From positions 124,001 to 188,000 of the forward strand of contig OZ025683.1 of assembly GCA_964019335.1 (NCBI GenBank): a stretch of DNA of 64,000 bases. The letters run 5' to 3'. The position numbers and the translations under genes were made by a program. This DNA is from Diplonema japonicum. Its lineage: Eukaryota > Protista > Euglenozoa: Diplonemea. The notes under the pieces were generated by a model that did not search any database, was not told the origin of the DNA, and was given only the letters and a program-made list of their open reading frames with translations. Shown here one piece after another: positions 45,445 through 56,629 of this stretch; the stretch's first letter is position 1; each line of letters begins with the position of its first letter.

Positions 45445-46104
45445 ATGGGCACCCACATCAAAAAACCAATGGCAAAGAGTGAACTTTGGTACAAACTGGG
45501 GCAAAAGGCTGCCATAGGCATAGCCTTGGGAGGCTTGATCCAGATGTACTTCAGGAGCAAAGAGGTGGCGCTTATGAAGGGGTCCGGGGGGTTGGTGGAA
45601 TGGGGCCCGCCTTTGCGAACAACCGTATTGCGAGAGGTGGACGGGGCAATGGAACAGAATGGGAGGTGGAGGGCAGCAGTCCACGGGCATACTATAGGAC
45701 TACCGGTTACCGTGGGAAAGTACACGAATTCAGATTTGCTTCAGATTATAGAATCAGAGGGACAGCTCGTATCAGATCGATGGGAATTGCTATCCAGCAC
45801 CAAGGACACAATAATTGGAAAGCGTGCTCTTTACAAAAGCACTTCGTCCCCAGGGTGTTACAAATCAATAACGGCAAAACGCGTCTCTAACCAAGCGATC
45901 TTTGAACAAGTTTACATTTTTGATGATACGAACCCTCACGTTCTGTCATCTTACTCAAAACCCTACCTTGCGTTCTCACGCACCGCCTCCAAAATAGAGC
46001 TTGGTACAGCAGCTTTCAAGCTCAACATCAACGAAAACGCAACATTTCTAGATGAGTTTTTTATCGGGAGGTGTCTCAAAAGCGCCCTTGCTTCCTTTGC
46101 GTAG
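45445..46104 (+). CDS. Hypothetical protein with N-terminal hydrophobic segment
   Basis: 219-aa ORF; ATG after an A-run, downstream of a T-tract+AG. Confidence 0.65.
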   Translation: MGTHIKKPMAKSELWYKLGQKAAIGIALGGLIQMYFRSKEVALMKGSGGLVEWGPPLRTTVLREVDGAMEQNGRWRAAVHGHTIGLPVTVGKYTNSDLLQIIESEGQLVSDRWELLSSTKDTIIGKRALYKSTSSPGCYKSITAKRVSNQAIFEQVYIFDDTNPHVLSSYSKPYLAFSRTASKIELGTAAFKLNINENATFLDEFFIGRCLKSALASFA

Positions 46105-46292
46105 TAGGGCTTTTTTTTCTTCTTTTTTTTCTCTTTTTTTTTTCTTCTTTTTTTACAAAAGAAATTGCTTATCAAGTGATCTTTAAGCATCTTTTTTTTA
46201 AGGGGGGCAAAAAGATGAGGAATTTGTGATGATTATATCGCCACAGTAACCCCCCCCCCCCCCCCCCCCACCCCACCCCCCCTCCACGTTTC

Positions 46293-49200
46293 ATGAAAGG
46301 GGTGGTGTGCCCCCAATGCAGCATGATCCTCGAATCCGACGAAGGCCTCGCACGGCACACGCGGGCCTTTTGTACTAAATACAACAGTAGAACCGCTGTA
46401 GGAGCCATACCTCCTGTGGTGTCCAAACAGAAGAATGGCCTTCAGTGGTTTCGGGATAAAGTCAAATTTGAGGAACACACTGCGAGCGACCGGCGACGGA
46501 AGGAGCGGGCGAAGGAGATAGACATCGTCGAGAACACGCTCGGTCTTGGTGGGCTTGCCAGGATAAAGCGGCAAGAAGCGGGCGTGGCAGAGTGGATGGA
46601 GAACCCGAGTGCAGCAGCCAAACGGGCTGCCGCCGTGTCCAAACCCATGGAAACACAAACAGAAGTTAAATATCAATCCCTGGAATCAGGTGCTTCTGCA
46701 ATCCGTGCCATTGCGAGCAACAGCATGTGGACTGGCAGAACACATCCTTACTGCGCCGTGCACGCCATCCCCCTATCGCCTCGTACAGTTGTTGGAAAGC
46801 TGTACCCACTGGCCCACCCTGTTCCATGCGTTCCTGATGCACCGCAGCGGGTAGGCGTTTTAGATGTGCCTGTTGACAGTACGGCCAGCCTGGCGCCCTT
46901 GGCACCTCTTGCACCCCCTCCACCCGAGTTCAACCTCCACGTCACCGAGGAACTGCAGAAGATCCGGAACCTCCTTACAACACGCGGCGAGGCGAAGCTT
47001 ATCAACGACGTTGCAGCGCTTGAGACGCGTGTTGGTAGGAACGACCTGACAGCGCAGAACGGCCAGCAAGCGCACCTTTTGAATGGGATGCAGCAACTGA
47101 AAGCATCGCTTCTCATGCGCGGGGAAGGGAAGCTGGTGCGTGATGTAGCCTCATTGGAAGCGCAGATCGCTGCAATAGGACAACAAGACACGCCGGGTCA
47201 AAAATCAAAAGTGTCACCAGTGCTGCAGGTACAGATGCAGGCACTCATGTCACAGCTGAACGACCAGATGGCACAGACAGCGGCACTGCTGAGGAAGGAC
47301 GGCACCGCAGCCAGCAGCATGAAGCAGGACATCATTGAGCTCCGCGAGGCGGTCAACAACGCTGCACCCGCACAGGCGGGGCCCATGCACACACAACAGG
47401 CGGACGACATCACCGTCATGCAGCAGGAAATGGAACGCATCACAAAGCAACAAGAGATCGCGAAGATGCGACTCGAGCTGCAGCGTCAGAAGGAAGTGAT
47501 GGAGAGAGAGCTGCGCGTGGCACGGCAGCGCGACGAGGAAGAAACAGAGCGTCAGGTGTGGAAAGCAGACCAAGAACGGCAGAAGGAAGAAGAGAAGCGG
47601 CGTCAGGACGAAGCGAAGAAAGGACACTTCCAGCACAACAAGGGATTCATCATCTTCTTTGACAAGGTGACTGGCCTGCCACGTGAGGGCGCGCAGATGA
47701 TGGGGTGGCCTGGAAAGGAAATCCGTGCCGTGTATGCCATGTTCGGTTCTGGGCAGCAGGTGTCGCCTTTAAAAGAGCTAGCTGTGAGCACGACAGACAA
47801 TGATGCAGCCTCCGTGTTCCACAAAGAGGCGTACTTAGCCCAGAAGCGGTTTTTCAATATACAAGAGAGCGCTGCGGCACTGCATATGCTCATTGAGATC
47901 CAGTTGGTTGCTAAACATCCTGCGAAGGAAGGGGAATCCTACCAGACTCTTCCTTGCGGCTGGTCACTATTCCCTGTCACTAATGAGACGGGTACGCTGC
48001 TCACCGGGAACTACAGGATTCCTCTACATTTTGCCCCTGTTAACCCGTCTGCATCGCAGATGACAATGCATGAGTTCTCCAAGCTCGAAGAGCACCACCA
48101 AAATACTTTCGATGCCAAGCACGATGTGTACCTTAGGTTGGCAAGGCCGTCTGATGCTGCACCCGAGCTGGCAAGGCGGCTCGACCTTTCCATGGATGAC
48201 TACAGAGTGCCTGATATATACAAGGACATGCAAGAACAGGAAGAAGATGGATTGGAACTCACCGCCCCATTGCTACCAGATGTTTCTGTGTTGAGGGTTA
48301 CCTCTAGCCGTCGCTCGGTTCTTAGAAAAACGCAAAGCCATGAACATCTGAGCTCGTCGATCGGGCGATCAGCTGTCAAGATTGCTACGCCGGAAATATC
48401 GGAAGCAGGCAGCGCCGCATCACAGCCAATAGAGGCGATCGACGTGGAAGAAGAAGAGCTGCCTTGGAGGGAAGTAGTTATAGAAGTACAGACTGTCCTC
48501 GTGAAGGGGCCGACGTCCATTCCGAAAGCACTACGCGGAAAGCTGATGCTTGTAAACGATTGCAATACAAGATTATACAGCCACGACATCCCAGCAGTCG
48601 AAACATCAAGAGACAGCAAAGAAGCTGTTGCGACGATGGCAGGTAGCACAGCAACGCTCCCTGCATACTGCACCGAACAGGGCAACAAAGTAGTGTTGGA
48701 GGTATGGGGTGGCGCGTCGGTGGGCTTCACCGAGACCCTCTTAAAATGGGGTATCGTGGATGTGACACAGTGTTTGAAGAATGACACCGCTGTCTCTACC
48801 ACGGTACTGCTGTACGCTCCGCCTGTTATGTCTGACAAACCGGACCCAAGCGGACACGCTGTGGTGACAATGCACAGCTACACACCAGATCCTACTCACA
48901 CCACTCCACGATCGGAAGGAGCGGCTTCTGTAATGCGGTCGACAGCGTCCTTGATGATGTCGGTGATGTCAAGACGGCGGAGCGTTGTGCAGCGAGCCCG
49001 CATCGAACTCCCCACAGAACCCGTTCGCGTGGACCCATCCACACGGTTCCACATTAAAATCCACGCCGGTTCGCTGTACCCGTTGAACGTGACATGGAGC
49101 AGGGTGGTCGTAAGAGTCTTCAAACAAACCCCGCAAAAAACCTGGGAAACAACAGGAAACATTTACTCCGCAGTTCAAACAACCGACGCCGACCCCATCC

Positions 49201-50645
49201 ATCCTGTGTACTCATCAGATGCAGTTGAGTTTCTTGCAAGCTCCGGGAAGAACAAGTGTTGCTTCTGTTTAGTATCAGTCGAAGGAATCGACGCCTTTAC
49301 AAGCAAACCCGCGGTGATAGGATATGCCATCCACCCGTTGGTGAAGGTAAGCTCCGATGGACACGAGGTGCTGTACTGCAGGAAGCAGATCAGATTGCGG
49401 TGGGGACCGCTGCCGGTTGTCAAGATACACCCCGATATGTTGAGGTGCAACCCTGTCGTACCGCTGGCGTCGGTTTTGATAACGGTCTCTTCAGACCCCC
49501 CGTTACCCTTGTCGTACGACCAACCTGTCTTTGACAACACCGATTATGTGCTCACGGTACAGGAGAAGGAAATGCTCGCTGGACGTTGCACTCGAATTGT
49601 CCCATCGAGCGGTCAAGGCAACGGGATACCCGGACCGCCTGAAAAAACCCCGAAATATCTTTTAAACCAGTCGTTCATCATCAAGTCAACACCTACCGAC
49701 GGGATATTCGTGCGAGCAGACAGCCTGGAGGGCGTCACTGTCTCCGGCACCTCCGAAGTCTTCAAAGCAATCGGTTCCATAGGAAGCACCTCAACATGGT
49801 ACACCGAAAAAACCTGGTGGGAGTGTGACGAAGCAAATCCAAAATGGAAGGGTGGGTTCGTGTGTGAAAACGTCAACGATCCAGCTTCCGTGGCGCTCTT
49901 CGTCGTAAGATTGTACTCTGTGAAACAACTGCACAAATACAAAAATTTTGGATGGGCGGTGTTACCCTTATTTGTTGAAAACACCGACTATGTACTACAC
50001 GGCCGGTTCAAGGTCCCTATCTACCATGGGAGCTTGCCACCGGAAGATTTTACAAAGGCTTGCAGCACTACTGGCTTCAACGAAGCGTTGAAGACCTTTA
50101 AGAAACAGTTGCAACCGGTTAAATGGGTGTCTCTGGCCGTCACTGTGACCCACGCTCTGCGACAACACGAAGTTCCTGTTACTTTGAAACCCGAAATGAT
50201 TGGTATCGATGCTCAACGAGCGAAGAATTTCGTCGCCAACGTCCCGTCTGGACGGCCTCTGTGCAGGGCTCACCCTGACTACCGTGTTACAGAGGCGAGA
50301 TTGAACGCTTTGATAACAGAGGAGCTGGACGGGAGAAACCGGGACATTTCCACGCCAATGTTGCTCTCCCCCGGCCTCGCGCACAAGTTCGCCGTCGCCG
50401 CACTTTTAGTTAAGAAACGATGCATCCCGATCAAGAAGGATTTGAACGGGAGAATCGGTGTGAAATACATAGGGTCCACAGTCACAGAGGTTGTCCCCCA
50501 AGGGCCGTGCGATGCGGCGGGCATCACTCCGGGCATGAAGCTTTACTCAATCGACGATGTGGCTGTCGGGGATGACACAGAGGCTGTGAGAACGCTGTTT
50601 ACGGAAGCCCCATCGGAGTTTAATGTTGTTGTGGTCGATGGTTGA
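46293..50645 (+). CDS. CCDC17: CCDC17-like protein: C2H2-like finger, coiled coil, several C2-like domains, C-terminal PDZ-like domain
   Basis: CPQCSM..LARHTRAFC, GFIIFFDKVTGLP, GWSLFP/GWAVLPLF C2 motifs, and VTEVVPQGPCDAAGITPGMKLYSIDD (PDZ). Confidence 0.7.
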   Translation: MKGVVCPQCSMILESDEGLARHTRAFCTKYNSRTAVGAIPPVVSKQKNGLQWFRDKVKFEEHTASDRRRKERAKEIDIVENTLGLGGLARIKRQEAGVAEWMENPSAAAKRAAAVSKPMETQTEVKYQSLESGASAIRAIASNSMWTGRTHPYCAVHAIPLSPRTVVGKLYPLAHPVPCVPDAPQRVGVLDVPVDSTASLAPLAPLAPPPPEFNLHVTEELQKIRNLLTTRGEAKLINDVAALETRVGRNDLTAQNGQQAHLLNGMQQLKASLLMRGEGKLVRDVASLEAQIAAIGQQDTPGQKSKVSPVLQVQMQALMSQLNDQMAQTAALLRKDGTAASSMKQDIIELREAVNNAAPAQAGPMHTQQADDITVMQQEMERITKQQEIAKMRLELQRQKEVMERELRVARQRDEEETERQVWKADQERQKEEEKRRQDEAKKGHFQHNKGFIIFFDKVTGLPREGAQMMGWPGKEIRAVYAMFGSGQQVSPLKELAVSTTDNDAASVFHKEAYLAQKRFFNIQESAAALHMLIEIQLVAKHPAKEGESYQTLPCGWSLFPVTNETGTLLTGNYRIPLHFAPVNPSASQMTMHEFSKLEEHHQNTFDAKHDVYLRLARPSDAAPELARRLDLSMDDYRVPDIYKDMQEQEEDGLELTAPLLPDVSVLRVTSSRRSVLRKTQSHEHLSSSIGRSAVKIATPEISEAGSAASQPIEAIDVEEEELPWREVVIEVQTVLVKGPTSIPKALRGKLMLVNDCNTRLYSHDIPAVETSRDSKEAVATMAGSTATLPAYCTEQGNKVVLEVWGGASVGFTETLLKWGIVDVTQCLKNDTAVSTTVLLYAPPVMSDKPDPSGHAVVTMHSYTPDPTHTTPRSEGAASVMRSTASLMMSVMSRRRSVVQRARIELPTEPVRVDPSTRFHIKIHAGSLYPLNVTWSRVVVRVFKQTPQKTWETTGNIYSAVQTTDADPIHPVYSSDAVEFLASSGKNKCCFCLVSVEGIDAFTSKPAVIGYAIHPLVKVSSDGHEVLYCRKQIRLRWGPLPVVKIHPDMLRCNPVVPLASVLITVSSDPPLPLSYDQPVFDNTDYVLTVQEKEMLAGRCTRIVPSSGQGNGIPGPPEKTPKYLLNQSFIIKSTPTDGIFVRADSLEGVTVSGTSEVFKAIGSIGSTSTWYTEKTWWECDEANPKWKGGFVCENVNDPASVALFVVRLYSVKQLHKYKNFGWAVLPLFVENTDYVLHGRFKVPIYHGSLPPEDFTKACSTTGFNEALKTFKKQLQPVKWVSLAVTVTHALRQHEVPVTLKPEMIGIDAQRAKNFVANVPSGRPLCRAHPDYRVTEARLNALITEELDGRNRDISTPMLLSPGLAHKFAVAALLVKKRCIPIKKDLNGRIGVKYIGSTVTEVVPQGPCDAAGITPGMKLYSIDDVAVGDDTEAVRTLFTEAPSEFNVVVVDG

Positions 50646-50959
50646 ATTGCCAAGTAGTAAAAAAAAAAAAAAGACCTGCTTACGTTGTGTCAGATTTTTT
50701 GTTTTCTTTCTTTTTTTTGTTTTGGGTTCTTATCGCGGGGAAGGGGGAAAAAAAAAAAAAAACTCAGAGGGGGAAGGTGTGGAAAAAAAAAGGGGTGAAA
50801 AAGAAGAGAAAGGAAAAAAAAAAAAAAAAAAAAACGTGAGCGAGATCGTTTGGAATTAAACTAAAAATAGTAAATAAAAAGATAGAAACAACGGTACACA
50901 CAACCTGCGCCGAAGGACAGGTGTCCGAGGGGCCTCCTGTTGAAAACCTCACAAAGAGA

Positions 50960-52923
50960 ATGGAATCGGAAGACTTCACCAGCCAGGTGCAATGGATGAT
51001 GCAAAAGCTCACACAGTGGCGGATGACCGAGACTCTGAAAGCGTTCACCAGCGAGCTAGCGTACAACCGGCAAATTGAGGAACAAGCACAAACCCAAGCG
51101 AAAAAAGAAGAAGAGGCCCGGCAGCAAATCGAACCCCGGGTGCTGCAACCCCCATTTGAACCCCCTGAGGGCGATCAGAACCTAAACCTAGGATCGTTGC
51201 AAGAAGGCCTCCGGGAACTGGAAGAACGACACAGACTGTCCGACAAACCAGACACAGAAACACCCGAAGAAATACAAGAAGAAAATTCAAAGGTAGAAAG
51301 TGAAGGGGAAGACGAAGATGACGAGTGGAATGGAGACGATGATCCCGGCTTCATGCGTGTGCAGCCCACCAAGGAGCGCGCCTTTATAGAAGATGAGTTA
51401 TGGGCACCAGACATAGGAGCCAGACGACCATCTTTTTCACGCGGCGCTGGCATAACAGTTAAGGAACACCGACACTACGTCCGCGATTTAATAGAAAGAG
51501 AACACAAAAAACTGCAACGGGAGCTTGCAGAGGCCGAGGCTGTGCAGGAAGCAAGGGAAAAAGCCCTGGCATGCGGGGAACAAACCGATATTCACGAGAC
51601 GCAGTCTCCTCCATTGTCGGAACCCGGACAGGAGATCCTACCGCAGAAACACCAGCTCTCGCCGCCACCGCCGCCCGAGGAACTCGAACAACCCCAACCA
51701 CAGCTGGAAAAATTCTCGTTACAGGTTATCTACGAAAAGGGCAAGACGGGATTTGAAGAAAACCAAGAATACCCCGTAAAGCGGGGGCACGTCATCGCTG
51801 GGAGGTATCAGATCCTAGAGTACATTGGAAGCGCTGCGTTTTCACATGCTGTGCAGTGCTTGGATCTTAAAACAAAACATTTGGTATGGGAGAAAAAAAA
51901 GAAGAAAAAAAAAAAAAAGGTGTGTGTGAAGATCATCAAGAACTCGAAGGACTTCTTCGACCAAAGCCTTGACGAGATAAAGTTGCTGCAGTACATCAAC
52001 AGAAGCGGTGATGCTGATGAGAACTGCGTGCTGCAGCTTTACGACTATTTCTACCACAAGGAACACCTGTTCCTGGTGTCGGAGCTGCTCCGGGACAACT
52101 TGTACGAATTCAGCAAGTTTAACAGAGAGCAGAACCCCGATGCTCCATACTTCACGATACAGAGGCTGCAGAAAATTACAAAACAGGTTTTTTCTTCTTC
52201 TTTTTTTCGCACCCCATATCACAGATTCTTATCGCCCTTGCCTTCATCCATGAACTTGATATGATTCACTGTGACTTGAAACCGGAAAACATTCTCATCA
52301 GAAGCTTCAGCCGGTGCGAGGTCAAGGTCATAGACTTCGGGTCTTCTTGCTTCACGAATGACCACCTTAGTTCGTACATTCAAAGCAGGTGCTACAGGGC
52401 CCCTGAGGTCATCCTTGGCCTGCCTTACGGGCAAGGCATAGATATGTGGTCTCTTGGAGCCATCTTGCCTGAACTGTTCACGGGGCAGGTGTTGTTTTAT
52501 AACGATAGCGTAAACACGATGCTGTGCCGCATTGCTGCGATCTGCGGGCCGTTCCCGTCTCATATGATGGGGAATGCTAGGCACGCGCATAAGGTATTGG
52601 GAATTTTTCGGGAAAAAAAAAAAATTAAAAATGCAGTTTCTTACAAAGTCCGGTGTTTTCTACGAGTCCAGCAAACAAGGCCTTGAGCTGTTGTTCCCAA
52701 GGCGGACAACCCTTAAGCGAAGGCTGAGAAACTGCACCGACGCGCACTTCCTTGATTTCGTTACTCAATTGCTACAGGTTGATCCTTCCAAGAGGTGTGA
52801 GGACGTTTTTTTTTAAGGGGGGGAGGGAAAAAAAAAAAAAAAAAAAAAAAAAGGCCGACTGCACTTGAAGCGCTGAAACACCCTTGGATGCAAGTTGATT
52901 ACGGTCCCATTCCACCATTGTAA
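50960..52923 (+). CDS. DYRK-family protein kinase (Ppk15/DYRKP-like); introns 51884-51919, 52187-52224, 52594-52636, 52795-52853
   Basis: IAGRYQI..GSAAFS, VKIIKN, HCDLKPEN, IDFGSSC, YIQSRCYRAPE; four GT-AG introns restore the frame. The start codon is uncertain. Confidence 0.9.
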
Positions 52924-53241
52924 TAAGAATGTGGGGTATAAGGTGGGATTTCTTTTTTTTTTCTTTTTTTCTTTTTTTTTTTTTAATTACTGTTTATGTT
53001 CCTTGTTTTTTTTCTTTTTCTTTTTTTTTTTTTTTCCCCGTGTAGTTAGAATTTTTTTTTGTTCAAAGAAAAAAAAAGAAGAGGAGAGAAATAAAAAAAG
53101 AAGGAAGGGAGAATGGGAAACCCAAGAAGAAAGCAAAAAAAAGGGGGGGTGATAGTTATTTTTTTTTAGACAGGAATAAAAAAAAAAAACAAAAGGAGGA
53201 AAACCAATTTCTTTTTAAATGTGCCTTCTTTTTTTTGATAT

Positions 53242-54224
53242 GAGCTCGTCCGGAAAAAAATGTCAACAAATGACCCTCTTTTGCAGAAAATCCTCGGAAA
53301 ATTTCTAAGTACAAAGTAGTCCGACACCACTTTGTGTGCAGAATTGCGGTCTGAGTGTGTGCACCATATTAGTCACAATGCGCGCCGTTTGTTTCATTTC
53401 TAAAACGCGCGTGCAAAAAAGATGCTTTTTAGAATGGTTTTTTTTAGTTTTTGGTACTCCATATTTCTTTTTCGCTTTCTTCAATTGAAAGCGAGAAGAA
53501 ATGGACGCAGATGAAAAATCTGTGAAACTTAAGGGGTCATTTTGGGTGGTTTGGGCTCTTTATCACTATTAAAATGGGGTGGGGAAAATACTGCCATTTT
53601 GGCCTATTTTAGGCTACAATGCCCATTTTAGGCTAAAATCCCTTAAGGGCCCTTTAAAAGCAAACTTCTCAATTTTTAATTGTCATGAGTAAAGAAAAAA
53701 AACTTACAAACCTCAGCAGATGGGTAGAGAATGCATATTTGGCCCCAAAGATACCGATGTTGAGCAGGCAAGTGTGAAGAATTGGGTTTTCAGGGAAATG
53801 GGCCTTTTAGGCCAATTCCCTTACGAACCCCTGGAAAAAGCAAAAAATAGGGCTAAAAAAACGGGTTTTTTGGGGGCTATGCAACGCCATATATTTTTCG
53901 CTAAGTACTTTTAACAGTAACCCGGGGGTCACAAAGGTGTGTGTTCACCACTTTTATGCACCCTAGGTGTTGCATTTCAAGCTTTTAAACTGCATTTTAA
54001 ACATTTTTCGTCGTTTTTCTGACCTCTGTTTTTTGCTTCCCGGGGGCAGCCGGTTGCAAAGTGCCTGCCACCCTCATGGCAAAACAAGCATTGCAATTGA
54101 AAGAACGGCAACAGGTACACCATATATGTCATCTTCTTATGGTTGCATGCTGCCCTTTTTTTGCTCAAATAATCAAAAACAAGAAATTTTCGGAGGTGCC
54201 CAAAAAAAATGTTCGGACGAGCTC
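53242..54224. mobile_element. Non-autonomous TIR DNA transposon with GAG..CTC termini and ATAT target duplication (Sola-like)
   Basis: ATAT|GAGCTCGTCCG ... CGGACGAGCTC|ATAT; no transposase ORF; composition differs from the flanking spacer. Confidence 0.75.
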
Positions 54225-54767
54225 ATATACTTTTTCACCCCCTCTTCCCCCCCCCTTTTTTTTAACCCCTTAGAAACTGTTATTGCACATCGTACTCCAT
54301 GGAACAAAGAACAGAAACGTTATTATGGAAAGCCAAAGAAAAAAAAAACCCCATAAAAGGGATAAGAAATTAACAACGGTATATTTGAAAGAGTTACTAT
54401 ATAAGCCGTAAGAGTGAGAGAGAAAGGATGACAAGAAATTTCTCACCCCAGACCTTCACACCCCTCTTTTTTTTTAGAAACTTCAATCCCCCCCCCCCCC
54501 AATAACCCCTTTTTTACCTTTTATCTTGTCCCCCTTTTACCCTATTTCTTAAATTCTACTTTTTTGATACTTTCTTTTTTTTTTCCTCTCCATTTCCCCC
54601 CTTTCCCTACACCCTCTAAAAAAAAAAGAGAAAATATAAAAAAAAAAGAGATAAAAGTAAAGAAGGGGGGGAGGGGGGAAACCACTTCCCAATTCTCGGT
54701 CTATTTTTTTTTTTTAATTTATTTCTCCCTTTTTTTTGAAACAAAAAAAAAAAGGAGAAAAAAAAAA

Positions 54768-55802
54768 ATGCTTCTCCGAAACCCCATGAGAATCCCATTA
54801 CTCGTGTCAGCAAGATGGAGAAGGGGCCGGGACGAAGATGACATGGAAATCCCGTTCGCATCAATAAATAAATTTGACTGGGGAGGCAGCAGCAACACCG
54901 AGGCAAATGTTCAGGTGCATGGTGTAGATCTGGGGGGTCTGAACGAAGACGAATTCAGACAGGTTGTGGAGAAAGTGGTCCCCGACTCGAACGGACTGTC
55001 AAAACTATCCGAAAACCAAGCCGAAAAACAATCCCCTTCTGAAGAGGTGATATTCCCTACGGAAGATGCACTACAGCGACTCGCAGATCTAACCTCTGAC
55101 AAGCTGGCCGAGGCCAACACACATCAAAATCTACTGTCAGATTACCCCGAACTTAAAACCCTCCCAGGAATGAGCCAGGTCCTCGGGAGGTACAGAGAAA
55201 AAACAGAGACAGAACAAAGGGTTATGGAAGGCATCGTTTCAGATTCATTGGTAGAGTCCCCGCAAGGTGAAATATTTGAAAAGTCAAAAGGTGAACAAGA
55301 TATGTGGGCGGACAACGCGCACTTTTCGCCTGAAGTCCGGAAATTGCAAATTCAAAGGTTGACCACCCAGCTGACGAACTCAAATCTTCACGCTCTTCCG
55401 AAAGAACTGGAGGCCGTGCAGGCGTCGAATCTCCATCTTTTGACACCGTGGGAACATGAAGTAGAGGAACCCCCCCTCCCCGACGAATATTGGGAAATGT
55501 CCTCTGCGGAGCGCCGTTTCCTCGGCCTCCCTTACCGAGACGAAGCTACAGGGTTATGGAGCCCGCCGCAAGCTACCTTCACCTCTCGCGCTGCCGAAGA
55601 TATTAATTTAAAAGCCTTCAGGGGAATCATGGATAAGGTGAGAACCCACGGTGGTTCCAAGGAAGCGTTAGTCCGCGAGGAGGTCACAATGCTTCGAGAG
55701 GCGGAGGAAAAAATATTCGACCACCTCCGCGCAAAACTGGAGGACATGGCCCCCTTCCTCGACGAGAGGAGCAAGGTCTGGAGGAGACGCAGAGAAGGCT
55801 GA
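54768..55802 (+). CDS. Hypothetical protein, possibly mitochondrion-targeted
   Basis: Presequence-like start MLLRNPMRIPLLVSARWRR; 344-aa ORF. Confidence 0.65.
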   Translation: MLLRNPMRIPLLVSARWRRGRDEDDMEIPFASINKFDWGGSSNTEANVQVHGVDLGGLNEDEFRQVVEKVVPDSNGLSKLSENQAEKQSPSEEVIFPTEDALQRLADLTSDKLAEANTHQNLLSDYPELKTLPGMSQVLGRYREKTETEQRVMEGIVSDSLVESPQGEIFEKSKGEQDMWADNAHFSPEVRKLQIQRLTTQLTNSNLHALPKELEAVQASNLHLLTPWEHEVEEPPLPDEYWEMSSAERRFLGLPYRDEATGLWSPPQATFTSRAAEDINLKAFRGIMDKVRTHGGSKEALVREEVTMLREAEEKIFDHLRAKLEDMAPFLDERSKVWRRRREG

Positions 55803-55886
55803 GAGTATTTTCATTTTTTTTTTTTTTTTTTCAAAAAAAAAAAAAAAAACATCTAAAAAGGGAAGAAACCTATTTAAAAAAAAAAA

Positions 55887-56489
55887 ATGGAATCCCCTGT
55901 GAACAATCTCCGAACCCCTGAATCGGTTAGAGGCAACGCAGGCCTCAGCGACACTCCTGTAGACGGCGACGAAGCTACTGCAGCGTTTAAGTACTACTGC
56001 CCTCTTTGCATGATGTACTTTGAGAAAATGCGGAGAACAACATGCTGCAAAAATTACATTTGTAGATTTTGCGAGAGGGATTCAGTTACTACATTGGATG
56101 TAGCGTGTTCTTGCCCGTTTTGTATGAAACCGAGTTGTCGGACTGAAGAAGTTGCGGTGGAAGAGGAGGTACGGAGGTACAAGGATACCCCGCCCTGTGA
56201 AGGCGCTACTTCTGTCTATTCACCTATACCTACGGGAGCGAGCTTCGAGGTTCTTCGGTCGAAAATGATACCCTTGCCCGCCCTGCCCTTGGGGGACTTG
56301 ACAAACCGACTAGACGCGACTTCCCTTAATTCTGCGAAACGATCCTCCGCCAGCTCGGCGAAGCACAGCCACAACAAAAACCGGAATAACAGACAGTCAG
56401 AGATATCATCGATTCGCACGGAGATCGTGTCCCCAAGTAACGGCTGCTCTTGTGGGCCGACGGAGTCCTCCGTTTGTGTTATTTGTTAG
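55887..56489 (+). CDS. RING-finger protein (Sip5/DA2-like spacing) with C-terminal CaaX
   Basis: CPLC..TTCCKNYICRFC..CPFC; ends GCSCG..CVIC-stop. Confidence 0.75.
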   Translation: MESPVNNLRTPESVRGNAGLSDTPVDGDEATAAFKYYCPLCMMYFEKMRRTTCCKNYICRFCERDSVTTLDVACSCPFCMKPSCRTEEVAVEEEVRRYKDTPPCEGATSVYSPIPTGASFEVLRSKMIPLPALPLGDLTNRLDATSLNSAKRSSASSAKHSHNKNRNNRQSEISSIRTEIVSPSNGCSCGPTESSVCVIC

Positions 56490-56629
56490 ATGCAAAAAAA
56501 AAAAAAAAAAAAAAAAAATGTTAGATCTTAAATTTTTTTTAAAAAAAAAAAATTTTTTTTTTTTGAAGGCAAACCCATTGTCTCGCAGGGATTCTCGTAA
56601 AGAGAAACAGAATACACATATATATAACA

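Noticed and set aside
51884-52923. Frameshifted pseudogenes or an alternative genetic code (kinase, CFAP45, Ulp1)
   Set aside because: All breaks are explained by GT-AG introns, and TAA, TAG and TGA all terminate genes.
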